NCBI GenBank assembly: GCA_035553595.1
Contig: DATMKA010000051.1
Span: forward strand, 1 to 44,666
DNA length: 44,666 bases
Source of the DNA: Thermoplasmatota archaeon
Lineage (GTDB): Archaea > Thermoplasmatota > SW-10-69-26 > JACQPN01 > JAJPHT01
Reading direction: 5' to 3'
This document shows positions 1 through 8,292 of this stretch, one piece after another. Position 1 is the stretch's first letter. Every line of letters begins with the position of its first letter. A program made the position numbers and the translations under genes. Under the pieces are notes generated by a model that saw nothing but the letters and a program-made list of their open reading frames with translations, searched no databases and was not told the origin of the DNA.

Positions 1-133
1 GGTCCGGGGCTTCCGCCGAGGCCGTCGGGAAGAGCCCCTCGGTGGCGGGGGCGACGACATACACGCCGAGGCCGGCCCCGAGAAGGAGGCCTGCCGCGAC
101 GACGGCGAGGATGCGGACGGGGCCGGAAGCCAT
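1..133 (-). CDS. 5' end of a gene running off the left edge; hydrophobic N-terminus (MASGPVRILAVVAAGLLLGAGLGVYVVAP...), probable signal/TM segment
   Basis: ATG at 133..131 on the minus strand, translated by eye. A TATA-like AAAGCTTTATCT lies about 25 nt upstream. Too short to appear in the ORF track. Confidence 0.3.
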   Translation of the reverse strand, partial: MASGPVRILAVVAAGLLLGAGLGVYVVAPATEGLFPTASAEAPD

Positions 134-254
134 GAGGCCCCGGCTCGTGCAGGGGCAGATAAAGCTTTGTGTACGCGGCTTCCGGGGGAATGCAGGCCGG
201 GGGCCGGGTTCCCTCGGAAGGCATAAGACGGTGTGGACGCGTTCACCGCCGCCC

Positions 255-3092
255 ATGGCCACCACGAGCCCCTCCCGCGAGGCGGCGGCCCCCACCGCCG
301 GCCGGCGCCTGCTCCTCCTCGGCCTCAAGTACGTGGAGTACCCCCTCGTCGCGCTCTTCGTGGCGCTCAACCTCTGGATCCGGTTCGCGAACTATGACGC
401 CGTCATCGCCCGCGACCCCATCTACTTCCCCGACACGGACCCCTATTACCACCTGAGGGCCGTGGTGTGGAGCCTCCACAACTTCCCCCTGGGGCTCAGC
501 TTCGACCCCATGACACAGTACCCCTACGGCACCCACACGGGCCAGTTCGGGACCCTGTTCGACCAGTTCATCGCCTTCGTCATCCTCGCCTTCCACGGGT
601 TCAGCGTCCCCGAGAACGAGGTCATCATCCGCTGGCTCTCCATCTACCCCGCGGTCCTGGGCGCGCTCATCGTGGTGCCCGTGTTCTACCTCGCGAAGCG
701 CCTCGCGGGGAGCCTTGCCGGGTACATGGCGGCCTTCCTGTTCACCGTCATCCCCGGAGGCCTCCTCCCGAGGACGGTCCTCGCCTACCCGGACCACCAC
801 GTGGCTGAGGCGCTCCTCGTCGTCACGAGCCTCCTCGCCCTCGCGGCAGCCCTCGAGGCGGGCCGTGAGAGCGGGTTCCTCGTCACGGACCGCAGGACGT
901 GGACGCGCGAGCGGCTCCTGAAGCCGGCCGTGCTCGCCTTCCTCGCAGCGCTCGCCCTCTGGGCCTACCTCGACGTGTGGCCTCCGGGCGTGCTCGTGGT
1001 CGTGGTGGCCGCCATCGTGCTCGGCGTGCAGGCCATCCTGGACCACGTGACGGGCCGCCGCATCGACGGCCTCGCGGGCGTTGCCGCCCTCACCTTCCTC
1101 CTCCTGTCCCTAATCCTGTTCGCGAAGCAGGAGGCCGACGGGTGGCACGTGTCCATCCTGTCGAGCCTGCAGCCCCTCCTCGCCTTCGCCGTGGCCGCCG
1201 AGGCCGCCGCCCTCCTCGGGCTCGCGCTCTTCTGGCGCACGCGGGACTTCGCCCCCTGGACCTTCCCCGCGGCCCTCCTTGGCGCCGTGGTTCTCGGCAT
1301 CCTCCTCCTTTACCTCGTGTTCCCCGGCGCCTACGCCTCCGCCATGGGCGCCTACAACTGGGTGTTCGGCGGCGTGAGCCGGACCACGCGCACCATCAGC
1401 GAGGTTAGGCCCTCCTGCAGCGCGGCGGAGAACTTCCCCAACTGCGGCGTCTTCCGCGGCAGCTTCGGACGCCTCCACATCACGGCCCTCCTCGCCACCA
1501 TCGGCCTTGCGGCCATGTACGCGTGGCGGCGCCGCCCCGCCCTCGGCCTCTTCCTCATGTGGGCCATCCTCATCTGGTTCGCCGCCACCAACCAGGTCCG
1601 CTTCCTGTACTACCTCGCCCTCGTGGTTGCGATCGCGAACGGTCTCCTCGTCGGCTGGGCCGCCATGGCCCTCGACGTGCCCGGCCGCGTCCGCCGCGCC
1701 CTCGGCGGCACCGCCGCGGTGGCGCCGGAGGCCCCGACCCGCCGGGGCAAGCGCACCGCGGCCGCCGCCCCCGCTGCGGGCGGCTCCACGGCCGTCCGCG
1801 TGGCGGGCGTCGCCGTTGTCGCCCTCCTGCTCCTCACCGTCGCCTACGACGAGGTGCTCGTGTCCTCCCGCGCCGACAACCGCGCCTGCGCCCAGGGCGT
1901 GCCCGTGGAGATTCCCGCCTGGACGTACGTCGCGTGCGAGCGGAACGGCGGCGAGGTCGTGATGTGGTCGGGCGCGCTCGAGTGGCTGCGCGACCGCACG
2001 CCCCCCATGGGTCTCGACCTCAACAGCCGCTACGTGGTCCCGCAGAACGCAGGCGAGCGCTACCCCTACCCCGAGGGCACGTACGGTGTGCTCAGCTGGT
2101 GGGACTACGGCCACTGGATCGAGATCATCGGCGAGCGCATCCCCGTCGCGAACCCCTTCCAGCAGCAGGCGCCCTTCGCGGCCGTCTACCTCACCGCGCA
2201 GTCGGAAGCAAAGGCGGAGCAGCTCCTGCAGAACCTCACGGGCCCCGATCACCACGTGCGCTACGTCATGATCGATGACGCGAGCGCGGGCGGCAAGTTC
2301 GCGGCCATCACCACCTGGGCGAACACGCACCACCGCCGCCTCGGCGGGGACTACTTCCCCAATTTCGGAGCGCAGAACAGCGCCGAGAACCCCGTTTACC
2401 GCGAGGTGACGCGGCAGCACGCGATGGGCGGCGCGCGAACCGTCGTGGACTACACGCCCCTCTTCCGCGACACCATGATGTGGCGCCTCTACCACGACGA
2501 CGCGGAAGGCCTCGGCCACTACCGCCTCGTGTGGGAGTACCCGCACTTCACGCTCTTTGCCTCCGTCGCTCGGCAGGAGGGCAACCAGTACCGCACCGAG
2601 GCCCTCCACGACCAGCTCGCGGGCTTCAACGTCACGAGCGGCGTCGCGTTCCTTGAGTCCGACATCTACGCCGCGGGCCGTGACGGCCTCATCCCCGGCA
2701 GCACGGTGTTCAGCCCGAGCGACAGCCTCGCCCGCGCGGACCTCTACGACCTGCGCCTCAGCAGCCAGCTCAAGATCTTCGAGCACGTCCCCGGCGCGCT
2801 CCTCACGGGCACGGCCGCCCCCGGTGCGCGCGTGACCGCGAGCGTGGACCTCCACTCGAACGTGACCGGCCGCGACTTCACCTACACGAACTCGGTGACG
2901 GCGGGCCCCGACGGGAGCTACCAGCTGCGCGTTCCCTACTCCACCACCGCCTACGTGCCCCTCAGCGAGGGCGGCACGGCCCTCGAGGTCATTGCCCTCG
3001 GACCCTACCGCGTGCAGGCCGGCAGCGGCACCACCACGGTGCAGGTGCCGGATGCGGCGGTGCTGCGGGGGCTCACGGTGCCCGTGGGGTGA
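255..3092 (+). CDS. aglB: Archaeal oligosaccharyltransferase AglB (STT3 family)
   Basis: The multi-TM N-terminal half is followed by the diagnostic WWDYGHWIE (WWDYG) motif. Start moved to the in-frame ATG at 255 (MATTSPS...), about 30 nt after a TATA-like GGCATAAGA. Confidence 0.9.
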   Translation: MATTSPSREAAAPTAGRRLLLLGLKYVEYPLVALFVALNLWIRFANYDAVIARDPIYFPDTDPYYHLRAVVWSLHNFPLGLSFDPMTQYPYGTHTGQFGTLFDQFIAFVILAFHGFSVPENEVIIRWLSIYPAVLGALIVVPVFYLAKRLAGSLAGYMAAFLFTVIPGGLLPRTVLAYPDHHVAEALLVVTSLLALAAALEAGRESGFLVTDRRTWTRERLLKPAVLAFLAALALWAYLDVWPPGVLVVVVAAIVLGVQAILDHVTGRRIDGLAGVAALTFLLLSLILFAKQEADGWHVSILSSLQPLLAFAVAAEAAALLGLALFWRTRDFAPWTFPAALLGAVVLGILLLYLVFPGAYASAMGAYNWVFGGVSRTTRTISEVRPSCSAAENFPNCGVFRGSFGRLHITALLATIGLAAMYAWRRRPALGLFLMWAILIWFAATNQVRFLYYLALVVAIANGLLVGWAAMALDVPGRVRRALGGTAAVAPEAPTRRGKRTAAAAPAAGGSTAVRVAGVAVVALLLLTVAYDEVLVSSRADNRACAQGVPVEIPAWTYVACERNGGEVVMWSGALEWLRDRTPPMGLDLNSRYVVPQNAGERYPYPEGTYGVLSWWDYGHWIEIIGERIPVANPFQQQAPFAAVYLTAQSEAKAEQLLQNLTGPDHHVRYVMIDDASAGGKFAAITTWANTHHRRLGGDYFPNFGAQNSAENPVYREVTRQHAMGGARTVVDYTPLFRDTMMWRLYHDDAEGLGHYRLVWEYPHFTLFASVARQEGNQYRTEALHDQLAGFNVTSGVAFLESDIYAAGRDGLIPGSTVFSPSDSLARADLYDLRLSSQLKIFEHVPGALLTGTAAPGARVTASVDLHSNVTGRDFTYTNSVTAGPDGSYQLRVPYSTTAYVPLSEGGTALEVIALGPYRVQAGSGTTTVQVPDAAVLRGLTVPVG

Positions 3093-3141
3093 GCGGGCGC
3101 TGAACCAGCCCGGAACCCGGCCGAAACCGCGGTGAATCGGT

Positions 3142-3193
3142 GGGGCGGAGGTTCGCGAAGGTCTTCCGATCTCTTTCCGCGAACCTCCGCCCC
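3142..3193. terminator. Perfect 16-bp inverted repeat (GGGGCGGAGGTTCGCG / CGCGAACCTCCGCCCC) with a 20-nt loop, between convergent aglB and asnS
   Basis: Arms at 3142-3157 and 3178-3193 are exact reverse complements. T-rich, lower-GC sequence follows. Confidence 0.4.
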
Positions 3194-3385
3194 TCCGCCG
3201 CCCCGCAGCGCGAGGTTGCCCGGGCCCGCGAGCACGAGAAAGCTCCCTTTGTGTCCTTTGAGGTATCCTTCGCCCCTTTGTGATCCATCGGAGCGCGCCG
3301 GGCCCCAGGCTGACGCAACTATCTCCGTTTCCTCTGGGGTGTCCTTTGGTCCCTCTGCGATCCCAAAGGAACGCTGACCCAGAGT

Positions 3386-4753
3386 TCAGGGGTACGCGCG
3401 GCTGGGCGTCCTGGGGAACGGAACGGTGTCGCGGATGTGCTCCGCCTTCGAGAGCCAAGCGCACACGCGCTCCGTGCCGAGGCCGAAGCCCGAGTGGGGG
3501 ACGGAGCCGTAGCGGCGGAGGTCGAAGTACCACTCGTAGGGCGCGAGGTCGGGCTTGAGGCCGTCCGCGATCATCTGCTTCGTGAGGCGCTGCTTCATGC
3601 TGTCCACGTCGAGGCTGCGCTCCGAGCCGCCGATGATTTCGCCGTATCCTTCGGGGGCGATCATGTCGGCGCAGGCGACGGTGACGCCGTCGTCGTTGAG
3701 CTTCATGTAGAAGGCCTTGATTTCGGCGGGCCAGTTGTACACGAAGATGGGCTTTACCTCGCCTTCGGTGAGGGCGCGCTCGTCGGGGACGCCGAAGTCC
3801 TCGCCCCACTCGATGGCGCCGAGCTTGCGGCCCTTGGCGTCGCGGCCGCGCTCGTAGTCCATGCCCTGGAGCTTCTTGATGGCGTCGTCGTAGGTGAGGC
3901 GGCGGAAGCCGGGAGTGATTTTCTTGAGGTCCTCGGGGTCGCGGCCGAGCTCGCGGAGCTCCGCCTCGGCGGTGTCGGCGACGCGGCGGGCCACGTAGCT
4001 CACGAGGGCTTCCTGGATGTCCATGTTGCCCTTGTTGTCCACCCACGCGGCCTCCTCCTCGAGGTGGCCGAACTCGGTGAGGTGCTTGCGGGTGCGGCTC
4101 TTCTCGGCGCGGAAGCTCGGTGTGAGGCAGTACACCTTCTCGAGGCTCATGGAGAGGGCCTCGAGGTACATCTGGGCGGACTGGCTGAGGTAGGCGGTCT
4201 GGCCGAAGTACTGGAACTCGAAGAGGGTGCTGCCGCCCTCGCAAGCGTTGGTCGTGATGACGGAGGGGGTGGTCTCGATGAACTGGTTCTGGTCGAACCA
4301 CTCGCGGAAGGCCGCGAGCATCTTGGCCTTCACCTTGAGCGTGTTCGTGATCTTGCGGCTGCGCAGCCACAGGTGGCGGCGGTCGAGCAGGGTGTCGGAG
4401 TCCGCGTCCACCGTGGACTCGTGGATGGGGAAGTCGGTGCTCGGGCCCACGAGCTTGTAGCCGGTGGCCTTGAGCTCGTAGCCGCCGGGGGCGCGCTCGT
4501 CCTGCACGACCTGGCCCGTGATGATGGCGGAGGCCTCCATGCCGCTCTTCTGGGCGTCCTCGAAGTCCGGGTCCGGGACGTTCCCCTTCTTCACGGTGCA
4601 CTGGATGACGCCGGTGACGTCGCGGAGGGTGGGGAACACGATCTTGCCGGAGGAGCGGATGCGGTAAATCCAGCCGCGGAGCTCCACCGTTTCGCCCGTG
4701 TGGGCGCCCTTGAGGATGGAGCCGATCTGGACCCGCTGGACCTGAGCGGACAT
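3386..4753 (-). CDS. asnS: Asparaginyl-tRNA synthetase (class IIb)
   Basis: Motif 2 FRAEKSRTRKHLTEF and the C-terminal DLRRYGSVPHSGFGLGTERV are typical of archaeal AsnRS. Start at MSAQVQ (ATG 4753), 24 nt downstream of a TATA box. Confidence 0.9.
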   Translation of the reverse strand: MSAQVQRVQIGSILKGAHTGETVELRGWIYRIRSSGKIVFPTLRDVTGVIQCTVKKGNVPDPDFEDAQKSGMEASAIITGQVVQDERAPGGYELKATGYKLVGPSTDFPIHESTVDADSDTLLDRRHLWLRSRKITNTLKVKAKMLAAFREWFDQNQFIETTPSVITTNACEGGSTLFEFQYFGQTAYLSQSAQMYLEALSMSLEKVYCLTPSFRAEKSRTRKHLTEFGHLEEEAAWVDNKGNMDIQEALVSYVARRVADTAEAELRELGRDPEDLKKITPGFRRLTYDDAIKKLQGMDYERGRDAKGRKLGAIEWGEDFGVPDERALTEGEVKPIFVYNWPAEIKAFYMKLNDDGVTVACADMIAPEGYGEIIGGSERSLDVDSMKQRLTKQMIADGLKPDLAPYEWYFDLRRYGSVPHSGFGLGTERVCAWLSKAEHIRDTVPFPRTPSRAYP

Positions 4754-4776
4754 GAGCCCCGGAAGGGCCCCGTTCC

Positions 4777-4785
4777 CTATTAAAG
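4777..4785 (-). promoter_or_regulatory. TATA box (CTTTAATAG on minus) for a leaderless asnS transcript
   Basis: AT-rich 9-mer in a GC-rich background, 24 nt upstream of the asnS ATG. Confidence 0.4.
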
Positions 4786-5028
4786 CGTCTCTCTCGGGAC
4801 CCAGGGAGAACGCTGCCGGAACGCCCCCTCTGACCGGGCGCGCCCCGGGCGTGCTCCGAGGCCGGGCTGAACCCCCGTCCCGCTCCTGACGGGCGTGGCG
4901 CCGGGCGCCCAACCGCCCCCCGGGAGCCCCTCCGTGCCGCACAGCCTCTTCGGGACCGCTGGAGGCGCGAGCCCCCGCCGGGTTGCCGGGGGAAAGGATT
5001 GAAGCCCGCTCCCGCGTTAGGCGGCCCC

Positions 5029-5493
5029 ATGTTTCCCCTGCCCACCCGGTTCTTCGTGGCCACGGGGGCCGGCCACGGCCCCACCTGCGAGGCCGCCGTC
5101 GATGCGGCGCGCCACGCGGCAGGTCTCGGGGACGCGAACCTCGTGCCCGTGACAGGGGTGCTCCCCCTCGGCGTGGAGCAGGTGAAGCCGCGAAAGATCG
5201 AGGTGGGGGGCTTGCGGCCGGCCGTGGTGGCGGAGCAGGGCGCTCCCTCGGGAGAGCCTGCCTCCGCGGGCCTCGCGTGGGCCCTCCGGGAGGACCACCA
5301 GGGCGGATACGTCGTGGCGGGGGCGGGAGCCCTTTCCGAGCGTCGCCTGAAGGCGGAGCTTTCCGCGCGCCTCGCGGCCCTCTCGGAGTCCCGGGGCGTG
5401 CCGCTGCGGAAGCCGCGGTTCGCGGTGGCGGTTTCCGCGCCCGACGACCCGCCGTGCCATGCCGCCGTGGCCGCGCTCGTGTTCCTCCCGTAG
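5029..5493 (+). CDS. Pyruvoyl-dependent arginine decarboxylase (PdaD)-like protein lacking the Ser-Ser self-cleavage site
   Basis: About 155 aa. FFVATGAG....NLVPVTGVLP aligns with the PdaD segment F.L..G.....NL[IV].[IV]SS[IV].P recalled from MJ0316. SS is replaced by TG. Start taken at MFPLPTRFF. Confidence 0.55.
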   Translation: MFPLPTRFFVATGAGHGPTCEAAVDAARHAAGLGDANLVPVTGVLPLGVEQVKPRKIEVGGLRPAVVAEQGAPSGEPASAGLAWALREDHQGGYVVAGAGALSERRLKAELSARLAALSESRGVPLRKPRFAVAVSAPDDPPCHAAVAALVFLP

Positions 5494-5545
5494 TTTCGCT
5501 CGTCCCGGGACAATCCGCTTATGGGGGCTTGCCGTTGGGGCAGCC

Positions 5546-6046
5546 ATGACGTTTGCCGTCGTGGCCTGCCCCTACTGCAAGAAGGCGAAGACCTTCGAGC
5601 TCGGGCGGAAGTCCACCACGTGCGCCCACTGCTCGCGCACCCTCAAGCTCGAGCACCTGGGCGTGTTCCACCAGACCGAGAGCCTCGAGGAGGCGCAGCT
5701 TGCCGCCGGGGAGCTCAACGCGCGTTACGGGGGCCTTGGCGCCACGGCGGAGTTCCGGAAGGCGCTCGCGGAGGCCAACCCGGAGCCCCCGATGCCCGAC
5801 CCGGACGACCCGTGGGCGCCCGTGCACCGTGCCGCGCGCACGGAGTCGAGCGAGGTCGGCCGCGCGGATGCGGTCGCGCGTGCCCTCACGGCCGTGGAGG
5901 GGGAGTGGACGCAGGAGAAGCTGACGGAAGCCTTTGAGCGCGTGGGCCTCAAGCCCGGGAAGGCGGAGGCGCACCTGAAGCGAATGCTCGACACGAGCGT
6001 GATCTACGAGCCGCGCGCGGGGCGCTACCGCTCGCTGAACAGTTAG
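5546..6046 (+). CDS. Zinc-ribbon protein (CPYC...CAHC) with a helical C-terminal domain; function unknown
   Basis: MTFAVVACPYCKKAKTFELGRKSTTCAHCSRTL forms a four-Cys ribbon. Coding-like composition. TAG stop at 6044-6046. Confidence 0.6.
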   Translation: MTFAVVACPYCKKAKTFELGRKSTTCAHCSRTLKLEHLGVFHQTESLEEAQLAAGELNARYGGLGATAEFRKALAEANPEPPMPDPDDPWAPVHRAARTESSEVGRADAVARALTAVEGEWTQEKLTEAFERVGLKPGKAEAHLKRMLDTSVIYEPRAGRYRSLNS

Positions 6047-6104
6047 GAAAAAGGAAAGATGGGAGCGCGGGCTTCGCCGCGCGCTCCGAAGGATGGCGCA
6101 GGCC

Positions 6105-6689
6105 TTACTGGCGGCCGCCGCCGGTGCGGCCCTGGCTGCCACCGGTCATGCCGCCGGTGCTGCCGCCCATGCCGCCGCCGATGTTGCCGCCCTGGGAGCC
6201 GCCGACGTTGCCGCCGGTCTGGCCGCCGAAGGAGCCCTTGAACTCGGGGAGGTTGCCGAGCTCGCGAACGATCTCGTTCTTGTCCGTGAAGCGGTCCTTG
6301 TTGATCTTGTTGAGGACGTCGCGGACGGGGAGCTGGCGGCCCTGCACGTTGATCTGCTGGTTGCCGACGCGGCTGATGAGGTCCTGCTTGCTGACGGGGA
6401 AGTTCACGTTGTCGAGCATGCGGGTGATCTCCTGGGAGCCACCCATGCCGCCCTGGGAGCCGCCGACGTTGCCGCCGGTCTGGCCGCCGGTGCTGCCGGT
6501 CTTGCCGCCGACGTTGCCGCCGGTCTGGCTGCCCGTCTGGCCGTAGCCGCCGGTCTGGCCGCCGACGTTGCCGCCGGTGCTGCCGGTCTTGCCGCCGACG
6601 TTGCCGCCGGTCTGGCCGCCGACGTTACCGCCGGTTGTGCCCTGGTTGAGGTTCTTGTTGCCCTGGTTCTGCTGGTTGCGTTCCGCCAT
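6105..6689 (-). CDS. DUF2795-like protein flanked by Gly-rich GGNVGG(Q/K)TG repeats
   Basis: The central segment ITRMLDNVNFPVSKQDLISRVG...LPVRDVLNKI resembles DUF2795. N- and C-terminal parts are degenerate Gly/Asn/Gln/Thr repeats. In-frame ATG at 6689. Confidence 0.7.
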   Translation of the reverse strand: MAERNQQNQGNKNLNQGTTGGNVGGQTGGNVGGKTGSTGGNVGGQTGGYGQTGSQTGGNVGGKTGSTGGQTGGNVGGSQGGMGGSQEITRMLDNVNFPVSKQDLISRVGNQQINVQGRQLPVRDVLNKINKDRFTDKNEIVRELGNLPEFKGSFGGQTGGNVGGSQGGNIGGGMGGSTGGMTGGSQGRTGGGRQ

Positions 6690-6808
6690 GAGACACACCT
6701 GTTGGCAGCCACCCGGCGGCAATTTCCGTGCAAGGCCGTTATGGAACAATCCCCGGATCGCAGGGATTGCTCCCTGCAAGCTCCCGGTGTGGCGGCCAAC
6801 CAGGCGCG

Positions 6809-7501
6809 TTACTCGGTGCCGGCTGCTCGGCCGCGGCGGCGGCGGCGGCGCATCTCCTGCAGCTCCTCGCGGGAGACGCCGCCCGGGAGGATCTTGCGGA
6901 TGCCGAAAGCGAGGAGGGCGAGGCCGTAGAGGGCCATGAGGGCGGGCACCCAGGCTTCGTGGGGCGGCACCACCCAGTAGCCGATGAAGAAGGCCATGGG
7001 GATGGACGCGACGCTCGCGATGAAGGTGCCCTTGAAGGGGGCGTGGTCGCGCACGGCGGCGCCCACGGTCCAGCCGGTGGCCACGGCCACGAGGGTGATG
7101 CCGGTGGCAAGGCCCAGCACCTGGAGGAGCATGAGGAGGTCCCAGCTGAGGAGGTAGCCCTTCGCGTACCAGAGGCTCAGGATGACGCCCATGCCGGCCC
7201 CGTAGGCGCCGCCGTTGAACACGGCGTGGCGCTCGCCCTGCCACTTGCGACGGTTGATGACCACGGTTTTCGCGAACTGCTCGACGAGGGGGACGCCGAG
7301 GAGGAACAGCAGGAAGTAGGGGCCGAGGAAGGCGTGGAAGATGGCGACACCCATGCCGGCGATGAGGCCTCCCACGAAGTAGAGGAAGATGATGTTGTCT
7401 TTGAAGAAGCCGTCGTAGCGCCCATAGCTGATGAGCAGCGCGGCCGCCGCGGGGAGGACGGCGAGGATGCTTTGGGCGATGTTCAACCAGTCGAAGGCCA
7501 C
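6809..7501 (-). CDS. Multi-pass membrane protein, possibly a PrsW-family intramembrane protease
   Basis: About 7 hydrophobic segments. VEQFAK and HAVFNGGAYG resemble the PrsW E-x-x-K and HxxxN motifs (weak). GTG start about 25 nt after TCATATAG. Confidence 0.6.
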   Translation of the reverse strand: MAFDWLNIAQSILAVLPAAAALLISYGRYDGFFKDNIIFLYFVGGLIAGMGVAIFHAFLGPYFLLFLLGVPLVEQFAKTVVINRRKWQGERHAVFNGGAYGAGMGVILSLWYAKGYLLSWDLLMLLQVLGLATGITLVAVATGWTVGAAVRDHAPFKGTFIASVASIPMAFFIGYWVVPPHEAWVPALMALYGLALLAFGIRKILPGGVSREELQEMRRRRRRGRAAGTE

Positions 7502-7605
7502 GGCCCGGGAAGGAGCCTCCGGCTATATGAGCCAAACCGGGGCCGGGGGCGCCCCCTCCCCAGAAAGTATCATTTTATCCGGGGCACCGTGTAAAAATCG
7601 AAACG

Positions 7606-7614
7606 ATTAATATA
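7606..7614 (+). promoter_or_regulatory. TATA box (ATTAATATA) for trkA
   Basis: 22 nt upstream of the trkA ATG at 7636, in a local AT-rich patch. Confidence 0.45.
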
Positions 7615-7635
7615 CGACCCCTTGTTCGAGGGCCC

Positions 7636-8289
7636 ATGTTTTTCGTGATCGTGGGCGCCGGGTCCACGGGACTTCGCCTTGCCGAGCTGGCCCTCAAGGA
7701 CAAGCATGAGGTGGTCCTCATCGACAAGGACCGGGCCCGCTGCGAGGAAGTGGCGCAGAAGTTCGACGTGGTCGCCATCCACGGCGACGCCACCCACGAA
7801 ACCACCCTCCGCGACGCCGAGGCCGCCCGCGCCGACGGCCTCGTCACCACCGCCAAGGAGGACGCGGTGAACCTGATGGTGGCGAGCATCGCCCAGAAGA
7901 TTGGCGTGCCCGTCGTCGCCACCACCGTGCAGACGAAGGACATCGGCATCATGTTCAAGGACCGCGGCGTGCTCGTGGTGGAGAACCCGAGCGAGATGGC
8001 CTCCCGCCGCCTCTACCAGGCCATCCTGCGGCCCAACCTCCGCGACCTCATGCCCGTGGGGCGCGGCTTCAGCGTCGTCCGCGTGGAGCTCGAGATGCTG
8101 AGCGAGTACGCGGGCCGCACCGTGCAGGAGGCCGACTTCCCCGACACCACCTACATCGTGAGCATCGAGCGCGACGGCAAGGTCGTTCTCCCCGAGGCCG
8201 CGACGGTGCTCGAGGGCGCGGACGTCGTCACGCTCCTCACGGAGGACCACCGCATCGACCGCCTCGTGAAGGCCTTCCAGGGGAAATAA
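7636..8289 (+). CDS. trkA: K+ uptake protein TrkA (RCK N- and C-domains)
   Basis: N-terminal Rossmann motif VIVGAGSTG, with TrkA-N and TrkA-C architecture. Directly upstream of trkH. Confidence 0.9.
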   Translation: MFFVIVGAGSTGLRLAELALKDKHEVVLIDKDRARCEEVAQKFDVVAIHGDATHETTLRDAEAARADGLVTTAKEDAVNLMVASIAQKIGVPVVATTVQTKDIGIMFKDRGVLVVENPSEMASRRLYQAILRPNLRDLMPVGRGFSVVRVELEMLSEYAGRTVQEADFPDTTYIVSIERDGKVVLPEAATVLEGADVVTLLTEDHRIDRLVKAFQGK

Positions 8290-8292
8290 GCC

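Noticed and set aside
1110-5513. 1467-aa minus-strand ORF. Similar giants occur at 7570-9588(-), 14401-16923(-), 19649-21409(+), 31990-34248(+), 34692-36332(+) and 39438-41684(+).
   Set aside because: They run antisense or out of frame to genes with clear family motifs. Their translations are Arg/Gly/Pro/Ala/Glu/His low-complexity strings typical of stop-poor shadow frames in GC-rich DNA.
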